Source: an uncultured beta proteobacterium
Lineage (GTDB): Bacteria; Pseudomonadota; Gammaproteobacteria; Burkholderiales; SHXO01
DNA: 64,000 nucleotides
Reading direction: 5' to 3'
Assembly (NCBI GenBank): GCA_963705615.1
Contig: CAVPKE010000005.1
Coordinates: forward strand, 44,839 to 108,838
Below are positions 19,764 through 30,846 of this stretch, piece by piece. Below the pieces are notes generated by a model. It had not been told where the DNA came from, did no database searches, and saw only the letters and a list, made by a program, of their open reading frames with translations. Position numbers and translations under genes: made by a program. How positions within the stretch are numbered: the stretch's first letter is position 1; each line of letters starts with the position of its first letter.

Positions 19764-20555
19764 ATGAGCGAGAGGCACTTGGGCGCTGCCCGCATCATCT
19801 GCGATCACCGGCTGTCACGCCGCCGGCTGGCGCAACTCGACGCCTCCGTCCGCCCCCCGGATGAAGCCAGCGGCTACGCGGTCCAGGACGAACTGCACCG
19901 GTTGCTGACGGCTGCCGGCCTGGGCTCAGTCGCCGGCCACAAGATCGGCTGCACCACCAAGGTGATGCAGGAGTTCCTGCGCATTCCCAACCCTTGTGCC
20001 GGCGGCGTGTTCGAGAGCCAGGTGCATAGGACTCCCGCGACCATACGGCACGCCGACTACGTGCGACCCGGCGTCGAGTGCGAGATGGTGGTGCGCCTCG
20101 CCGCGGATCTCCCGCTTCAGCAGGCACCATTCGACCGCGACGCGGTAGCCGCGGCAGTCGGCGAGGTCATGGCGGGGATGGAGATCGTCGACGACCGCTA
20201 CGTGGACTACAAGAGCCTGGACACGCCCACGCTCATCGCCGATGACTTCTTTGATGCCGGATGCGTGCTGGGCGAGCCGGTCGCCGCCTGGCGCTCGTTG
20301 GATCTGGCATCGCTGAGCGGCGTGACCTGGATCAACGGCGTGGAGGTCGGGCGCGGACGCGGCGCGGATGTCATGGGCCATCCCTTCGAGGCGCTGGCCT
20401 GGTTGGCCAACTCGCTGGCGCACCGTGGCAGACACCTGCGCGCGGGCGAGTTCGTCTTTACCGGCAGCGTGGTGGAAACGAAATGGGTCAATCGCGGCGA
20501 CCGCGTGGTGATGCAAATCGAGCGCCTCGGGACGGTGGAGGCGGTGTTCGAGTAG
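19764..20555 (+). CDS. 2-keto-4-pentenoate hydratase-like protein (FAH family)
   Basis: GHKIGCT, GVECE, MEIVDDRY, IADD, MGHPFEALAWLAN, GEFVFTGS. Confidence 0.88.
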   Translation: MSERHLGAARIICDHRLSRRRLAQLDASVRPPDEASGYAVQDELHRLLTAAGLGSVAGHKIGCTTKVMQEFLRIPNPCAGGVFESQVHRTPATIRHADYVRPGVECEMVVRLAADLPLQQAPFDRDAVAAAVGEVMAGMEIVDDRYVDYKSLDTPTLIADDFFDAGCVLGEPVAAWRSLDLASLSGVTWINGVEVGRGRGADVMGHPFEALAWLANSLAHRGRHLRAGEFVFTGSVVETKWVNRGDRVVMQIERLGTVEAVFE

Positions 20556-20598
20556 ACCAGTGAAAGGTGGGAAGAGAGTGAAGGGGCGAGGAGGGAAC

Positions 20599-20627
20599 AA
20601 AAAGGGCGGCGACTCGCGTCGCCGCCC
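20599..20627 (-). terminator. Rho-independent terminator of the cyclase gene
   Basis: GGGCGGCGAC-TCGC-GTCGCCGCCC stem with AAAAA on the + strand (U-tract on minus), between convergent genes. Confidence 0.8.
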
Positions 20628-20655
20628 CCGAGGGTGTAACTCTTCGTTCTAGTTG

Positions 20656-21762
20656 TTAATACAGCACGACCGGGTTGCCGGGCGAGCCGGTGGCGCCGAT
20701 CATGCGCAGCGGCGCCCAGATGAACGCGCCTTCCTTGATGCCGGCCTCGACCAGCGACTCGGTGTCGACGTTTTCCAGGTTCCAGATGCCGTGGCGGGTC
20801 TCATCTCGGTGTGGCAGGGAACCGCCTAGCCGTCGCCTTGCTCACCGAGGCTGCGCATCGTTTGCCGAGGTGTCGCCCATCTGTCAGCGCGATATCTCGG
20901 GAGGCAAAGTACTCGCACGCGCTGATGCCGAAGCCGGGCTCGCCCTGTGCGAAAATCGCGCGGGCAGCGGCACGTTGCTCGGAGGTCATGGTGGGGTAAT
21001 GGGCATTGCCCCACGTGTTGCCCTGACCGGTGTGCAACGCCACGCAGTCGCCGGACTGGATTTCGCCGAGACCTTCCGCCTTGATCATGCCCTTGACGTC
21101 GTCTGCAGTGACGATGCCGAGGCATCTCCGGCTTTTTCGGGATCGGAAGCATTTCGGCGCTGGCGGGAATCAGACCCTTGGATTTTTTGTAGGCCACCGC
21201 ATCCAGCACCACCAGACGGCAGACAAAGCCGCCGGCGATGTTCTCGACGCCCATCGGGCCCATGCCCATCACCCGGCCGCCGGCGCCGCGCTCGTAGTTG
21301 TCCCAGGTGATGCGGCCGTTGTACATCATTGGACCCTTGGAGGTGTTGACGCCGATGTGGCCGGGACCGTCGAACTGAGTGCTGGATCTGGCCGATTTCG
21401 GTAGTCAGCAGCTCGTCGTGATAAATGAGCGCGTTCTTGCCGAACGGGCCGCCGGTCGGCGTGCCAGGAATGCTCATCTGCCAGCTGCGCGCACCAAAGG
21501 CCGGTGCTTCGCGGTGATAGTACTTGCCGACAGTGATGGCCTTGTACTGCTTGATGGTCGCACAGCGCGCGCTTGATGTTGGCCGGGTTCTTGATGTGAT
21601 TGGCGCTGCCTGCCTTGTCGTCCGCGCCCCACTTGGTCGGGAACCAGTTCTCCGTGATGGGCGCGTCATTGACCGGGCCCTTCAGGGTCTGCGCCGCGAC
21701 GGATCGCCGACGCCAAGACACACGGCCGCGACTGCGACCGCGATAATGGCATTCAGTCTCAT
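20656..21762 (-). CDS. Exported cyclase-family (kynurenine formamidase-like) metallohydrolase, multiple frameshifts
   Basis: Signal MRLNAIIAVAVAA, KWGADD.AGS.N, QFDGPGHIG, GDCVALHTG, EPGFG, GATGSPGNPVVLY*. Confidence 0.75.
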
Positions 21763-22123
21763 GACAATCTCCTTCCCAAAGATGTTTGAGGACTACTTTT
21801 TTGTGCCGCGCGGAGCAGAGGACCCGGCGCAATCTATCGCGCGCCTGAGCCACTCCTACCAAGCGGGGCAAACATCACACCACAAACGTAAGCTGCATGC
21901 AAGCATGTGGCGCATCGACCTCTGGCCGGCCACCTCTCGACCTGCCGTTGACATACTTGGGTAGAGCGCCTTAACGTTAAGGGTTGGACGCCAACAGCAC
22001 TGCAGCCAGGTCGCCGGCGCGTCGTTAACCGTGCGAGCGCCTGGAACACCACATCAATGGGCCCGACGCTCCCTCGACGGGCCGCGACACTGAGTGGATA
22101 GACATCGGGGAAAAGGAAAGCGA

Positions 22124-23005
22124 GTGATTTCGGATCGGGAAATTGCCTTTTATCGAGAAAACGGCTATTTGTTGGTCGAGAACGTGCTGGACCGCAGCAC
22201 CCGGGCTCGAATGAAAGAGGTCATCGCCGACCTGGTCGCCAAGGCCAAGGGCGTTGTGGAGCACGACAACGTGTACGACCTGGAACCGTCGCACACACCT
22301 CAGGCTCCGCGTGTGCGGCGCATCAAGAAGCCCCACTCGGTGCATCCCATCTTCTGGGAGTTCGCGAAGAGCCCGGCGCTCATGGAGGTGTGCACGAGAC
22401 TGCTCGGGCCCAACGTTCGGCTGCACGGTTCCAAGCTGAACATGAAGGATCCGAAGTACGGCTCACCCGTGGAGTGGCACCAGGACTGGGCCTTTTACCC
22501 TCACACCAACGACGATCTGCTGGCGATCGGCGTGATGCTGGACGACGTGGAGCTGGAAAATGGGCCGCTGATGGTCTTGCCTGGCACGCACAAGGGCCCG
22601 GTCTACGACCACCACGCCGACGGCCGCTTTTGCGGCGCGATCGACCCGACCAGCGTCAAGCTGCCCTATGACAAGGCGGTCGCGGTCACCGGCAAGGCTG
22701 GATCGGCTTCATTCCATCACGTGCGCCTGGTGCACGGGTCGGCGCAGAACACCTCCAGCAAACCGCGCCAGCTGCTGCTCTATGAGTGCGGCGCAGCCGA
22801 CGCCTGGCCGTTGGTCAACTTCACCAATCTCGACGAATACGACAGTCGCATGCTGTGCGGCGAGGCGACTATCGAGCCGCGACTTGAGAAGGTTCCGGTG
22901 CGCATGCCCCTGCCGCCCGCTTTGAACCCGGGCTCCATCTACGAGAACCAGACCTCGGCCCAGCGCCGCTACTTCGAGCGAGTTGAGGTCGCGGCGGCCA
23001 AGTAG
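22124..23005 (+). CDS. Phytanoyl-CoA dioxygenase (PhyH) family protein 1
   Basis: FYRENGYL, WHQD (HxD), ENGPL.V.PGTH, HHVRLVHGS; GTG start after AAGGA. Confidence 0.88.
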   Translation: MISDREIAFYRENGYLLVENVLDRSTRARMKEVIADLVAKAKGVVEHDNVYDLEPSHTPQAPRVRRIKKPHSVHPIFWEFAKSPALMEVCTRLLGPNVRLHGSKLNMKDPKYGSPVEWHQDWAFYPHTNDDLLAIGVMLDDVELENGPLMVLPGTHKGPVYDHHADGRFCGAIDPTSVKLPYDKAVAVTGKAGSASFHHVRLVHGSAQNTSSKPRQLLLYECGAADAWPLVNFTNLDEYDSRMLCGEATIEPRLEKVPVRMPLPPALNPGSIYENQTSAQRRYFERVEVAAAK

Positions 23006-23044
23006 TCGAAACCAGGGTCTGAGGAGCACCAGGAACCCCGCCCC

Positions 23045-23922
23045 ATGACCGAGCCTGCTGCGGCAGCCTCCGTTTCAGCCCAGCGCAAGACCAAGCAGCT
23101 GACGCCAGCTCAGAGTCGACGCCTTCGCGCGCAACGGCTATCACTTCCCGCTCCGGGCGCTGTCGGCCGACGAGGCGCTTGTCTACCGCGCGCAGGCTGG
23201 AGCAGTCCGAGGCGACGCTAGGCGGTCCGCTGCGGGGCTCGCTGCGCAGCAAACCGCATCTCATTCTCACCTGGGCAAACGAGCTGATGCGCCATCCGGC
23301 TATCCTGGATGCGGTGGAAGATATCCTGGGGCCCAACCTGCTGGTCTGGAGCAGCAGCTTCTTCATCAAGGAGGCGCGCGACCCGAGCTACGTGTCCTGG
23401 CATCAGGATTCCACTTATTGGGGGTTGAGCCATCCCGATGTAGTCACTGCCTGGGTGGCGCTGTCGGTGAGTATCGTGGAGAACGGTTGCATGCGCGTGA
23501 TTCCCGGGTCCCACTTGAAGGACCAGCTTCCCCACCAGGACACCTACGCCGAGAACAACCTGCTCACGCGCGGCCAGGAAGTCATGGTCGAGGTGGACGA
23601 GGCCGACGCCGTCGACGTGGAGCTGCAGCCCGGTGAGTTCTCGCTGCATCACGTGCGCCTGGTTCACGGCTCCGATCCGAACCACGCCGACTACCGCCGC
23701 ATCGGCTACGCGATCCGCTACGTCCCAACCTACGTGCGCCAGACCGAGGGACCGCGCGACTGCGCGACGCTGGTGCGCGGCGTGGATACCTATCACCACT
23801 TCGATCCCGAGCCGGTCCCGAAGGCCGATCTCGATCCCGAAGCGGTGGAAGCGCACCGGCGCATCACGGAAGAAGCCAACAAGATCCTGTATCGCGGCAC
23901 CGACAAGCGCAATCCGAAGTAG
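23045..23922 (+). CDS. PhyH family dioxygenase 2, N-terminal frameshifts
   Basis: AFARNGYHFP in an alternate frame, WHQDSTYWG, ENGCMRVIPGSH, LHHVRLVHGS, RRIG. Confidence 0.82.
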
Positions 23923-24084
23923 CGGGCTCGCCGTCGCTGGCCCTCGTCTGCGAACGCCTCGCGACGCCTTGCAGTCATCCACACCTTACGCAACGCGCGT
24001 CGTTTGGTGATTCGGAGCTAGCTGTACCGAAAGTCAATAGTCAGACAAGGCGCGTCCACGCGCCGGGCCGGGAGGAGAAGATCA

Positions 24085-25381
24085 ATGGAATACACAACCG
24101 GCATCGTCTTGCTTGCCGTGTTCCTCGTGGTCGTCGCGCTGATCGTGCGCGGCCAAAGCCCCGTCATCATGCTGCTGCTGCTCGCCATCGTCTGGGCGGT
24201 GATCGCGGGCATCAGCGTGCAGGATATCCAGGCCAAGGTGCTGCAGGGCGGCGGCGTCCAGTACGCCAGCGCCGTGATCGTCATCGTGTTCGGCGCCTGG
24301 TTCGCGCAGGTGCTGATCCAGACCGGGATCGCGGAGAGCGTGATTCGCTCGGCGGCGGAGCTGGCGGGAGACCGCCCGCTCGTCACTGCGATCGTCATCA
24401 ATCTGGTGACCGCGCTGCTGTTCACGTCCATGTACGGAGTCGGCGCGGCGATCGCGATCGGCGTGGTCGCGCTGCCGATCATGATGAGCCAGGGGATACC
24501 GGCGCGCGTCGCCGCGCCGGCGTTCACCATGGGCGTGGGCGCCGGAATGTACGTGAACCCCGCCTTGTTCGGCACCTTCAAGCTGCTGTTCCCCGGGCAT
24601 CGAGTACGAAGCGCCCTGGCTCAAGTTCTGGATGATCGGCATGGGGGTCTACGTGCTGTGCGCCTGGCTGATGATCTACTTCAATCTGCGCGCGCTGGGC
24701 GTGCGCAAGATGGCCAGCGTGGATCTCGCGGCGGCGGGGCAGCCGCCGCGCAAGCGCACGCCGTACTACACCTACCTGGTGCCGCTCGTTCCCGGTCTTC
24801 ATGATCATGGTGTTCAAGTGGGAGATCATCCCCACCTTTCTGCTGAGCATCGTGCTGGCGCTGGCGCTGACCTGGAAGGATCGCAGCTTTCAGGGACAGC
24901 TCAATTTGTTCAACAAGACGTTCTACGACGCGTTCCCGGATATCGCCACGATCGCCGCGCTGTGGACCATCTGCGGGATGATCATCGTGGCCGGCCAGAT
25001 GCCGCAGATCTCGGGGGCGCTGCGCCCGATCTTCGCGCCCGATCCTCCCGCACAACAACGCGCAGGCGGCGATGTTCTTCGGCTTGCTCGGCGGGAATTC
25101 TGAGCATCTATCGCGGCCCGCTGGTGGTGGTCGGCACCGGCGCGGCGGTGCTGGCCATCATCCTGTCGAACCAGGAGATCCCGGTGCCTTACCTGTATGC
25201 GCTGTGGCTCGCGCCCACGGTCATGCAGGGCAGCGTCGACCCCACCAATTCCTGGACGCTGTGGACCATCGGCTACACCAAGGTGTCGCACGGGCAGTTC
25301 CTGAAGACAGCGCTGCCGTTCGGCTGTCTCATGGTGGCCATCAATTCGGCGATCTGCTACGCGCTGCTGGGTCAGAGTTGA
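24085..25381 (+). CDS. Secondary transporter (GntP/CitM-like ion transporter superfamily), about 3 frameshifts
   Basis: Many TM segments; FGAWF..V.IQTGIA..I..AAELAGDRP; YRGPL; DPTNSW; GGAGG RBS. Confidence 0.72.
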
Positions 25382-25400
25382 GGGTCTCAGGATCGGCGGG

Positions 25401-27561
25401 ATGAATCAGGGCAAGAGCTACCGCATCGGCATCGACGTCGGCGGGACCTTCACCAAGGCGGTGCTGATCGACAACGCGACGCTCGAGGTGGTGGAGCGCT
25501 ACTCGGTGCTGACCACCCACAGCGACGCACGCGGAGTGGCGCGCGGCGTGATCGAAGTGTTCCGCAACGTGCTCGAGCGCTCTGGGGTGCAGCCGCGGGA
25601 CGTCGTGTTCCTGGCACACAGCACTACCCAGGCGACCAACGCGCTGCTGGAAGGCGACGTGGCCACGGTGGGTGTTCTCGGGATGGCGAGCCGCGTGGAG
25701 GCGTTGCTGGCCAAGGGCCAGAGCAGCATCAAGGAGATCGAGCTGGCGCCGGGCCGGCGTCTGCGGCCTGCGCATCGCTTTCTGACCACCGACGCTCTGG
25801 ACGAGCAGGCGGTGCGCCGGATGCTGGAGGAGCTTCGCTCCGAAGGCGTCGAGGTGGTGGTTGCGAGCAGTGCCTTCGGGGTAGACGACGGAAGCGGTGA
25901 AGAGCTGGTGATGCGCATCGCCGCCACTATGGGTCTACCCGCGACCGGCGGGCACGAGATCAGCAAGCTGTATGGGCTGACCACCCGAACTCGCACGGCG
26001 GTGATCAATGCCAGCATCCTGCCGAAGATGATCGCCACGGCCGACATGACCGAGGCCAGCGTGCGCGAGGCGGGCATCGAGGCACCTCTGATGATCATGC
26101 GTGGAGACGGCGGCGTAATGGACATCCGGGAGATGCGCCGCCGTCCAGCCGTGACGATGCTGTCTGGACCGGCTGCCAGCGTGGCCGGCGCGCTCATGTA
26201 TCTCAAAGTCTCCGACGGCATCTACTTCGAAGTGGGCGGCACCAGCACCAACATCGGTGTCATCCGCAACGGCCGTCCGACGGTGAAGTACGCCCGGGTT
26301 GGCGGCCACGACACCTACGTCAACTCGCTCGACGTGCGCGTGATCGGCATCGCGGGCGGCAGCATGGTGCGCGTGCGCGGGAGCGAGATCGGTGATGTCG
26401 GTCCGCGCAGCGCGCACATCGCCGGCTTGCCTTATTCCGCGTTTGCCGATCCCGAGGATATTCAGGAGCCGCAGCTGGAGCTGTTCCGTCCCAAGGAAGG
26501 CGACCCCGACGATTACGTCGCCATCCGCACGCGCGGCGGCACCCGCTACGCCATCACCAACACCTGCGCGGCGAACTTGCTCGGTTATGCCAAGCCCGGG
26601 TGGCATGCGCACGGGAACGCGAATGCGGTGCGCCGCGCCATGGCACCGTTGGCGGAGCGGCTGGGCGTCACCGTGGAGGAGACGGCACGTCGCATCCTCG
26701 AGCAAGCTTCGCGGAAGGTGATCCCGGTCGTGGACAGCCTGCTCGCGGAGTACGCGCTGGACCGCGACCAGGCCTTGCTGGTGGGCGAGGGAGGCGGAGC
26801 CGCTGCGCTCATCCCGTTCGTCGCGCAGCGTATGGGGCTCGCCTTCCAGATTTCCCAGGACGCCGAGGTCATCTCCTCGATCGGCGTAGCGCTGGCGCTG
26901 GTCCGCGAGACGGTGGAGCGGGTCATCCCGAATCGCTACCCCGGAAGACCTGCAGCGGATCAAACGGGAGGCGTTCGACGCCGTCGTCAAGCTCGGCGCC
27001 GCGCCGGAAAACGTGGAGGTCATGATCGAAGTGGACCCGCAAGCGCAGCGCGTGCGCGCCACTGCGACCGGCGCATCCGAAATGCGCGCGCAGGATCTTC
27101 TGAAGGACGTGTCCGAAGAGCAGGCGCGTGTCATTGCCGCGGACTCGATGGGCCTGCCAGCCGACACGGTCAGATTGGTGGCAGCGACCGATCAGATGCG
27201 CGTGTTTCAGGGCGAGGTCGAGGAGCGCAGGCTGCGCTGGTTCAAGCGGCGCCGCACGCCCGTGCGCGCAGTCGACCGGGAAGGCGTGATCCGCGTCCAG
27301 CGCAGTCACGCTTTGGTGGTTGGCGCGAGCGCGGGCGACGGGCTGGATCAGTTGCGCCGCGTGTGGGAGCAGGTGACCATCTACAACGGCGATAGCGTGA
27401 TCACGCCCGATGTATTCGTGATTGCGGGCCGCCGAGTCGTGGATCTGTCCGGCGTCACAGCGCTGGACCAGGCGCTGGCCATCGGCCGCAGCGAGCTGGA
27501 CGGCCTCGCGCCGGAGACGCCGGTGGCGCTCATCAGCGTGGAGGGTGCGCGCGGGATATGA
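25401..27561 (+). CDS. Hydantoinase A/5-oxoprolinase family ATP-dependent protein with C-terminal extension, frameshift near 26935
   Basis: IGIDVGGTFT, HSTTQATNALLEG, RT.TAVINA, SGPAAS, EVGGTST, GGGS. Confidence 0.85.
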
Positions 27562-28211
27562 GACCGACGGCACAGTTGCGCGACGACGCGCTCAAGCGCT
27601 CGCCGCTGCTGACCGCACGAGCGCTAGGCGAGTCGCTTCTGGCCGAGGATGCAGTGTTCCAGCGCGTCCCGCCAGAAGCACGTTCCGCGCTGGTGGACGC
27701 AGCGCTCTCGGAGGGGCGTGTGTGCGCCGAGTCCGTCAGCCGCGATTGCGGCACGGACCCGTGGACCATCGCACACCGGCTCGCCGTTGCCATCGTCGAG
27801 AGCGACGCGGATGCAGGCTTCGGCAGCGTGGTCGTGTTCTCGGAATACACCCAGCGGCCGCCAACGATCACGCTGTACCGGAACGCCATTGCGCAGATGC
27901 AGGATCGTCTCGCAGCTTCGAGGCTGCGCGGGATGCTGAATGCAACAGACTGCAGGCCAGTGTTTCTCGCGCATGAGCTGTATCATCATCTCGCGCGAAT
28001 CGCGCCGCAGCCTCCGCTCAGCCGCACCTATCGCGTGACACTGCTCGGGCTCGGGCGCTGGCGCTGGACCTCGGGCATCGCAAGCCTGGAAGAGATCGCC
28101 GCCGGGGCTTTCGCTCAGACCTTGCTGGGTTTGAAGTTCCACCCGCGGCTGCTCGAGTTTCTCTGGGCGCAGCAGGAGTCGGTTGGGCAAGAGGACGGAG
28201 GAGAGCAATGA
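27558..28211 (+). CDS. Hypothetical protein with HExxH motif (ImmA/IrrE-like zincin fold possible)
   Basis: FLAHELYHHL followed by EEIAAGAFA; ATGA overlap with the hydantoinase gene. Confidence 0.72.
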   Translation: MRPTAQLRDDALKRSPLLTARALGESLLAEDAVFQRVPPEARSALVDAALSEGRVCAESVSRDCGTDPWTIAHRLAVAIVESDADAGFGSVVVFSEYTQRPPTITLYRNAIAQMQDRLAASRLRGMLNATDCRPVFLAHELYHHLARIAPQPPLSRTYRVTLLGLGRWRWTSGIASLEEIAAGAFAQTLLGLKFHPRLLEFLWAQQESVGQEDGGEQ

Positions 28212-29534
28212 CGGACAACACGCGTCGGCAAGTGCTCAAGGCACTGGGCGCGGCAGCGGTCGCTGCGAGCGTGCCGCCAGTGGGAGCGCAGCAGACCCAG
28301 CTTGCATTTACTCCAGAGCCGGGTGCGAAGCTCAAGCTGATGCGCTGGCGCCGCTTCATCCAGGCGGACGAGGACCTGTGGAACTGCCAACACCAAGAAG
28401 TTCACGCAGGTCACGGGCGTGGAGGTGCAGATCAGCAACGAGGGGTTCGACGACGTCCGGCCCAAGCTGGCGCTGGCCGCCAACGTCGGCACCGGACCAG
28501 ACGTCGCGCTCGGCTGGCTCGAAGATCCGCACTTCTTTCCCGACAAGCTGGTGGACGTGTCCGATCTGGCGGTCTACCTGGGCGGGAAGTATGGCGGCTG
28601 GTTCGATATCGCGCAGCGCTACGGCACGCTCGCGTCGGGCGCCGGGAAGGGCCGCTGGATCGGGCTGCCGCTCGGCTGTGGCGGGGCGCTGCTCAACTAT
28701 CGCGTGTCATGGATGCGCGAGGCAGGCTTCGATCGCTTCCCGACCGATCTGCCCGGGTTCCTCAAGCTGTGCCAGAAGATGTCCAAGAACGGGCATCCGC
28801 CCGGCTTCGCGATCAGCCACGCCACCGGCGACGGCGAGACTTGGCTGCACTCGCTGCTGTGGGCGCACGGGGGCAAGATGGTGGACGAGAAGAACAACGT
28901 CGTCATCAACAGCCCCGAGACCGTCGCCGCCATCGAGTACGTGCAGGAGCTCTACAAGACCTTCATCGACGGCGTGCTGGCCTGGACCGGCGTCAGCAAC
29001 AACAACGCGTTCCTCGAAGAGAAGATCAGCCTCACCTCGAATGGCGTGTCGATCTATTACGTCGCGAAGAACTCGAAGGATCCGCGCCAGCAGGCGATTG
29101 CTGCAGACATGGACCACGCGATCCACCCGCTTGGACCGGTGGGCCACTCCATGGAGCTGCATCTGCTGTCGCAGGCCATGATCTTTCAGTACACGAAGTA
29201 TCCGAACGCGGCCAAGGAATACCTGCGCTTCATGTGGGAACGCGAGCAGTACCAGCCCTGGCAGGACGCCGCCTGGGGCTACATGAGTCCCACGCTCAAG
29301 GCCTACACGCAGACGCCGCTATGGTCCTCCGATCCCAAGCTGGTGCCGTTCCGAGACGTGGCGAAGCGCATGGTGTGGAGCGGCTACGCCGGTGAGGTCG
29401 GCTACGCGTCGGCCGGAGTGCTCGCCGATTGGATCGTGACCGACATGTTCGCGCAGGCGGTGAGCGGGCAGAAGTCGGCCAAGGAGGCTGCCGCAGAAGC
29501 CGAGCGGCGGGCCAAGCGGCATTACCGAGCCTGA
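28208..29534 (+). CDS. Tat-exported ABC substrate-binding protein (family 1), frameshift near 28385
   Basis: TRRQVLK twin-arginine signal, PEPGAKL, ANVGTGPD, INSPET, NGVSIYY, YTKYPNAAKEYL. Confidence 0.82.
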
Positions 29535-29545
29535 GGAGCTACGCC

Positions 29546-29620
29546 CCTTCAACTTACTGCTCGAATGACCGGTTTAGCGGTGGGGTAGAACCGGCGCAAA
29601 CGGGTCAGCTCCGTTAGTCA
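29546..29620. other. Imperfect hairpin bounded by AAC...GTT (degenerate attC-like) at the left edge of the A/T-richer block
   Basis: TGACCGGTTTAGCG pairs with CGCAAACGGGTCA; outer ends CTTCAAC and GTTAGTC. Confidence 0.3.
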
Positions 29621-29680
29621 CTTGGCCTACGCAGCCAGTATGGACACAAGAAAGGCGACATCCGGTCCCTGGCGCAGTCG

Positions 29681-30421
29681 CTACCGCGCAAACTCCTTTC
29701 CCAGGAGATAGGCTCGCTCTAGGTAGCCTTGCAGAGTCTTTTCGTCGGCCATGTTGACGGCGTAGAAGTACACATGCTCGACCGCTCGAATCCCCGGGTA
29801 GTGAAGAGCGAACTCATCAATTAGTCTCTCCATCGCTTCGCGCAGTCCGGATTGATAAGCCTCCTCGTTGAAGATCGTTGTGTTGATGATCAAAGCCTTG
29901 TCATGCTTGAGAAGCGGGAGTCGGCCTCGTATATCGCCTCGCCAGCCTGCCGACGTCAATGAGAATGCAAACCCAAGAGTAAATACCCGCTCGATCCACC
30001 CCTTGAGAATGGCTGGAAATCCGACGAACCAAACGGGGGATATGAACGCCAGAGCATCTGCTTTTGCTACCTTCTCCTGCTGCTCCCGCACGTCTTTTGG
30101 TCCTCTTTTCCTCAGCAGCGTTACGACCTCCAAGGGACTCTTGTTGCGAAACATGCTCCACGCGACAAATCGCTGGAGCAAGCCAGCATTGGCCGACAAT
30201 ACTCGTTCCTTCACCACCTTTTCGACTACATCGGGTGCGTTTTCATCGGGAAGCCAGTTGGGCAAATCCCGGGTCCTCAGAACGGGATCAAATCTCGTTG
30301 CGTAGAGGTCGATCACTTCATTGGTGTGCCCAGCGTCCTCAAGTCCTTTCGTAAACTGCTCCAGCACGGCGTGACAGAATGACTTAGGGTCGGGATGAGC
30401 ATACACAGTCAGAATTTTCAT
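29681..30421 (-). CDS. NAD(P)H-dependent oxidoreductase, flavodoxin-2 (MdaB/KefF-like) family
   Basis: MKILTVYAHP..KSF, DLY, ADAL.FI.PVW..FPAILKGWIERVF. Confidence 0.88.
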   Translation of the reverse strand: MKILTVYAHPDPKSFCHAVLEQFTKGLEDAGHTNEVIDLYATRFDPVLRTRDLPNWLPDENAPDVVEKVVKERVLSANAGLLQRFVAWSMFRNKSPLEVVTLLRKRGPKDVREQQEKVAKADALAFISPVWFVGFPAILKGWIERVFTLGFAFSLTSAGWRGDIRGRLPLLKHDKALIINTTIFNEEAYQSGLREAMERLIDEFALHYPGIRAVEHVYFYAVNMADEKTLQGYLERAYLLGKEFAR

Positions 30422-30503
30422 CGGACTCTCCGCGCGCCGGATCGCTATGAGACGATGAACAGCCGTGCAGCTGTGAGTATGCAAGCGCTGTAACGCGCGA
30501 GAC

Positions 30504-30517
30504 TTGATCAAAGTCAA
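30504..30517 (-). promoter_or_regulatory. FNR/CRP-family box upstream of the NAD(P)H oxidoreductase
   Basis: TTGAT-CAAA-GTCAA, centre about 32 bp from a CATACT -10 element (30481-30476, minus strand). Confidence 0.62.
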
Positions 30518-30778
30518 GCAGTGTGGATTGTCCGCGTATCAGCCACCGTCCGACGCCGATCAACTTCCGCTCACAGGAGCGTTGCTCCAGCGCGCTCAAC
30601 GATGAGGCTACTCGCGGTGCGCAATGGTCCCTACCGCGATCCTCGACCCATACCGACCATTCGGCTCTGTGGAGAGGCATCGCCTGCACTAACGGCTAGT
30701 TGTCTGCACCTCAATCAAACTATTGGCCCTGGCGGTGAGGATGTTATGCAGGCTGGAGATATTGCACCTGAGAAGTCC

Positions 30779-30792
30779 TTGATCCAAGTCAA
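30779..30792 (+). promoter_or_regulatory. FNR/CRP-family box upstream of the ECF sigma factor
   Basis: TTGAT-CCAA-GTCAA, centre about 31 bp from a TAGCCT -10 element (30814-30819). Confidence 0.62.
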
Positions 30793-30846
30793 GTTCCCGC
30801 TCTGGGACCCGCGTAGCCTGGCGTTGGTAGAAATGGAGATCGTTTC

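Noticed and set aside
23045-23922. Non-heme iron halogenase (SyrB2-like)
   Set aside because: The iron motif is HQD; halogenases have Ala or Gly in place of the carboxylate
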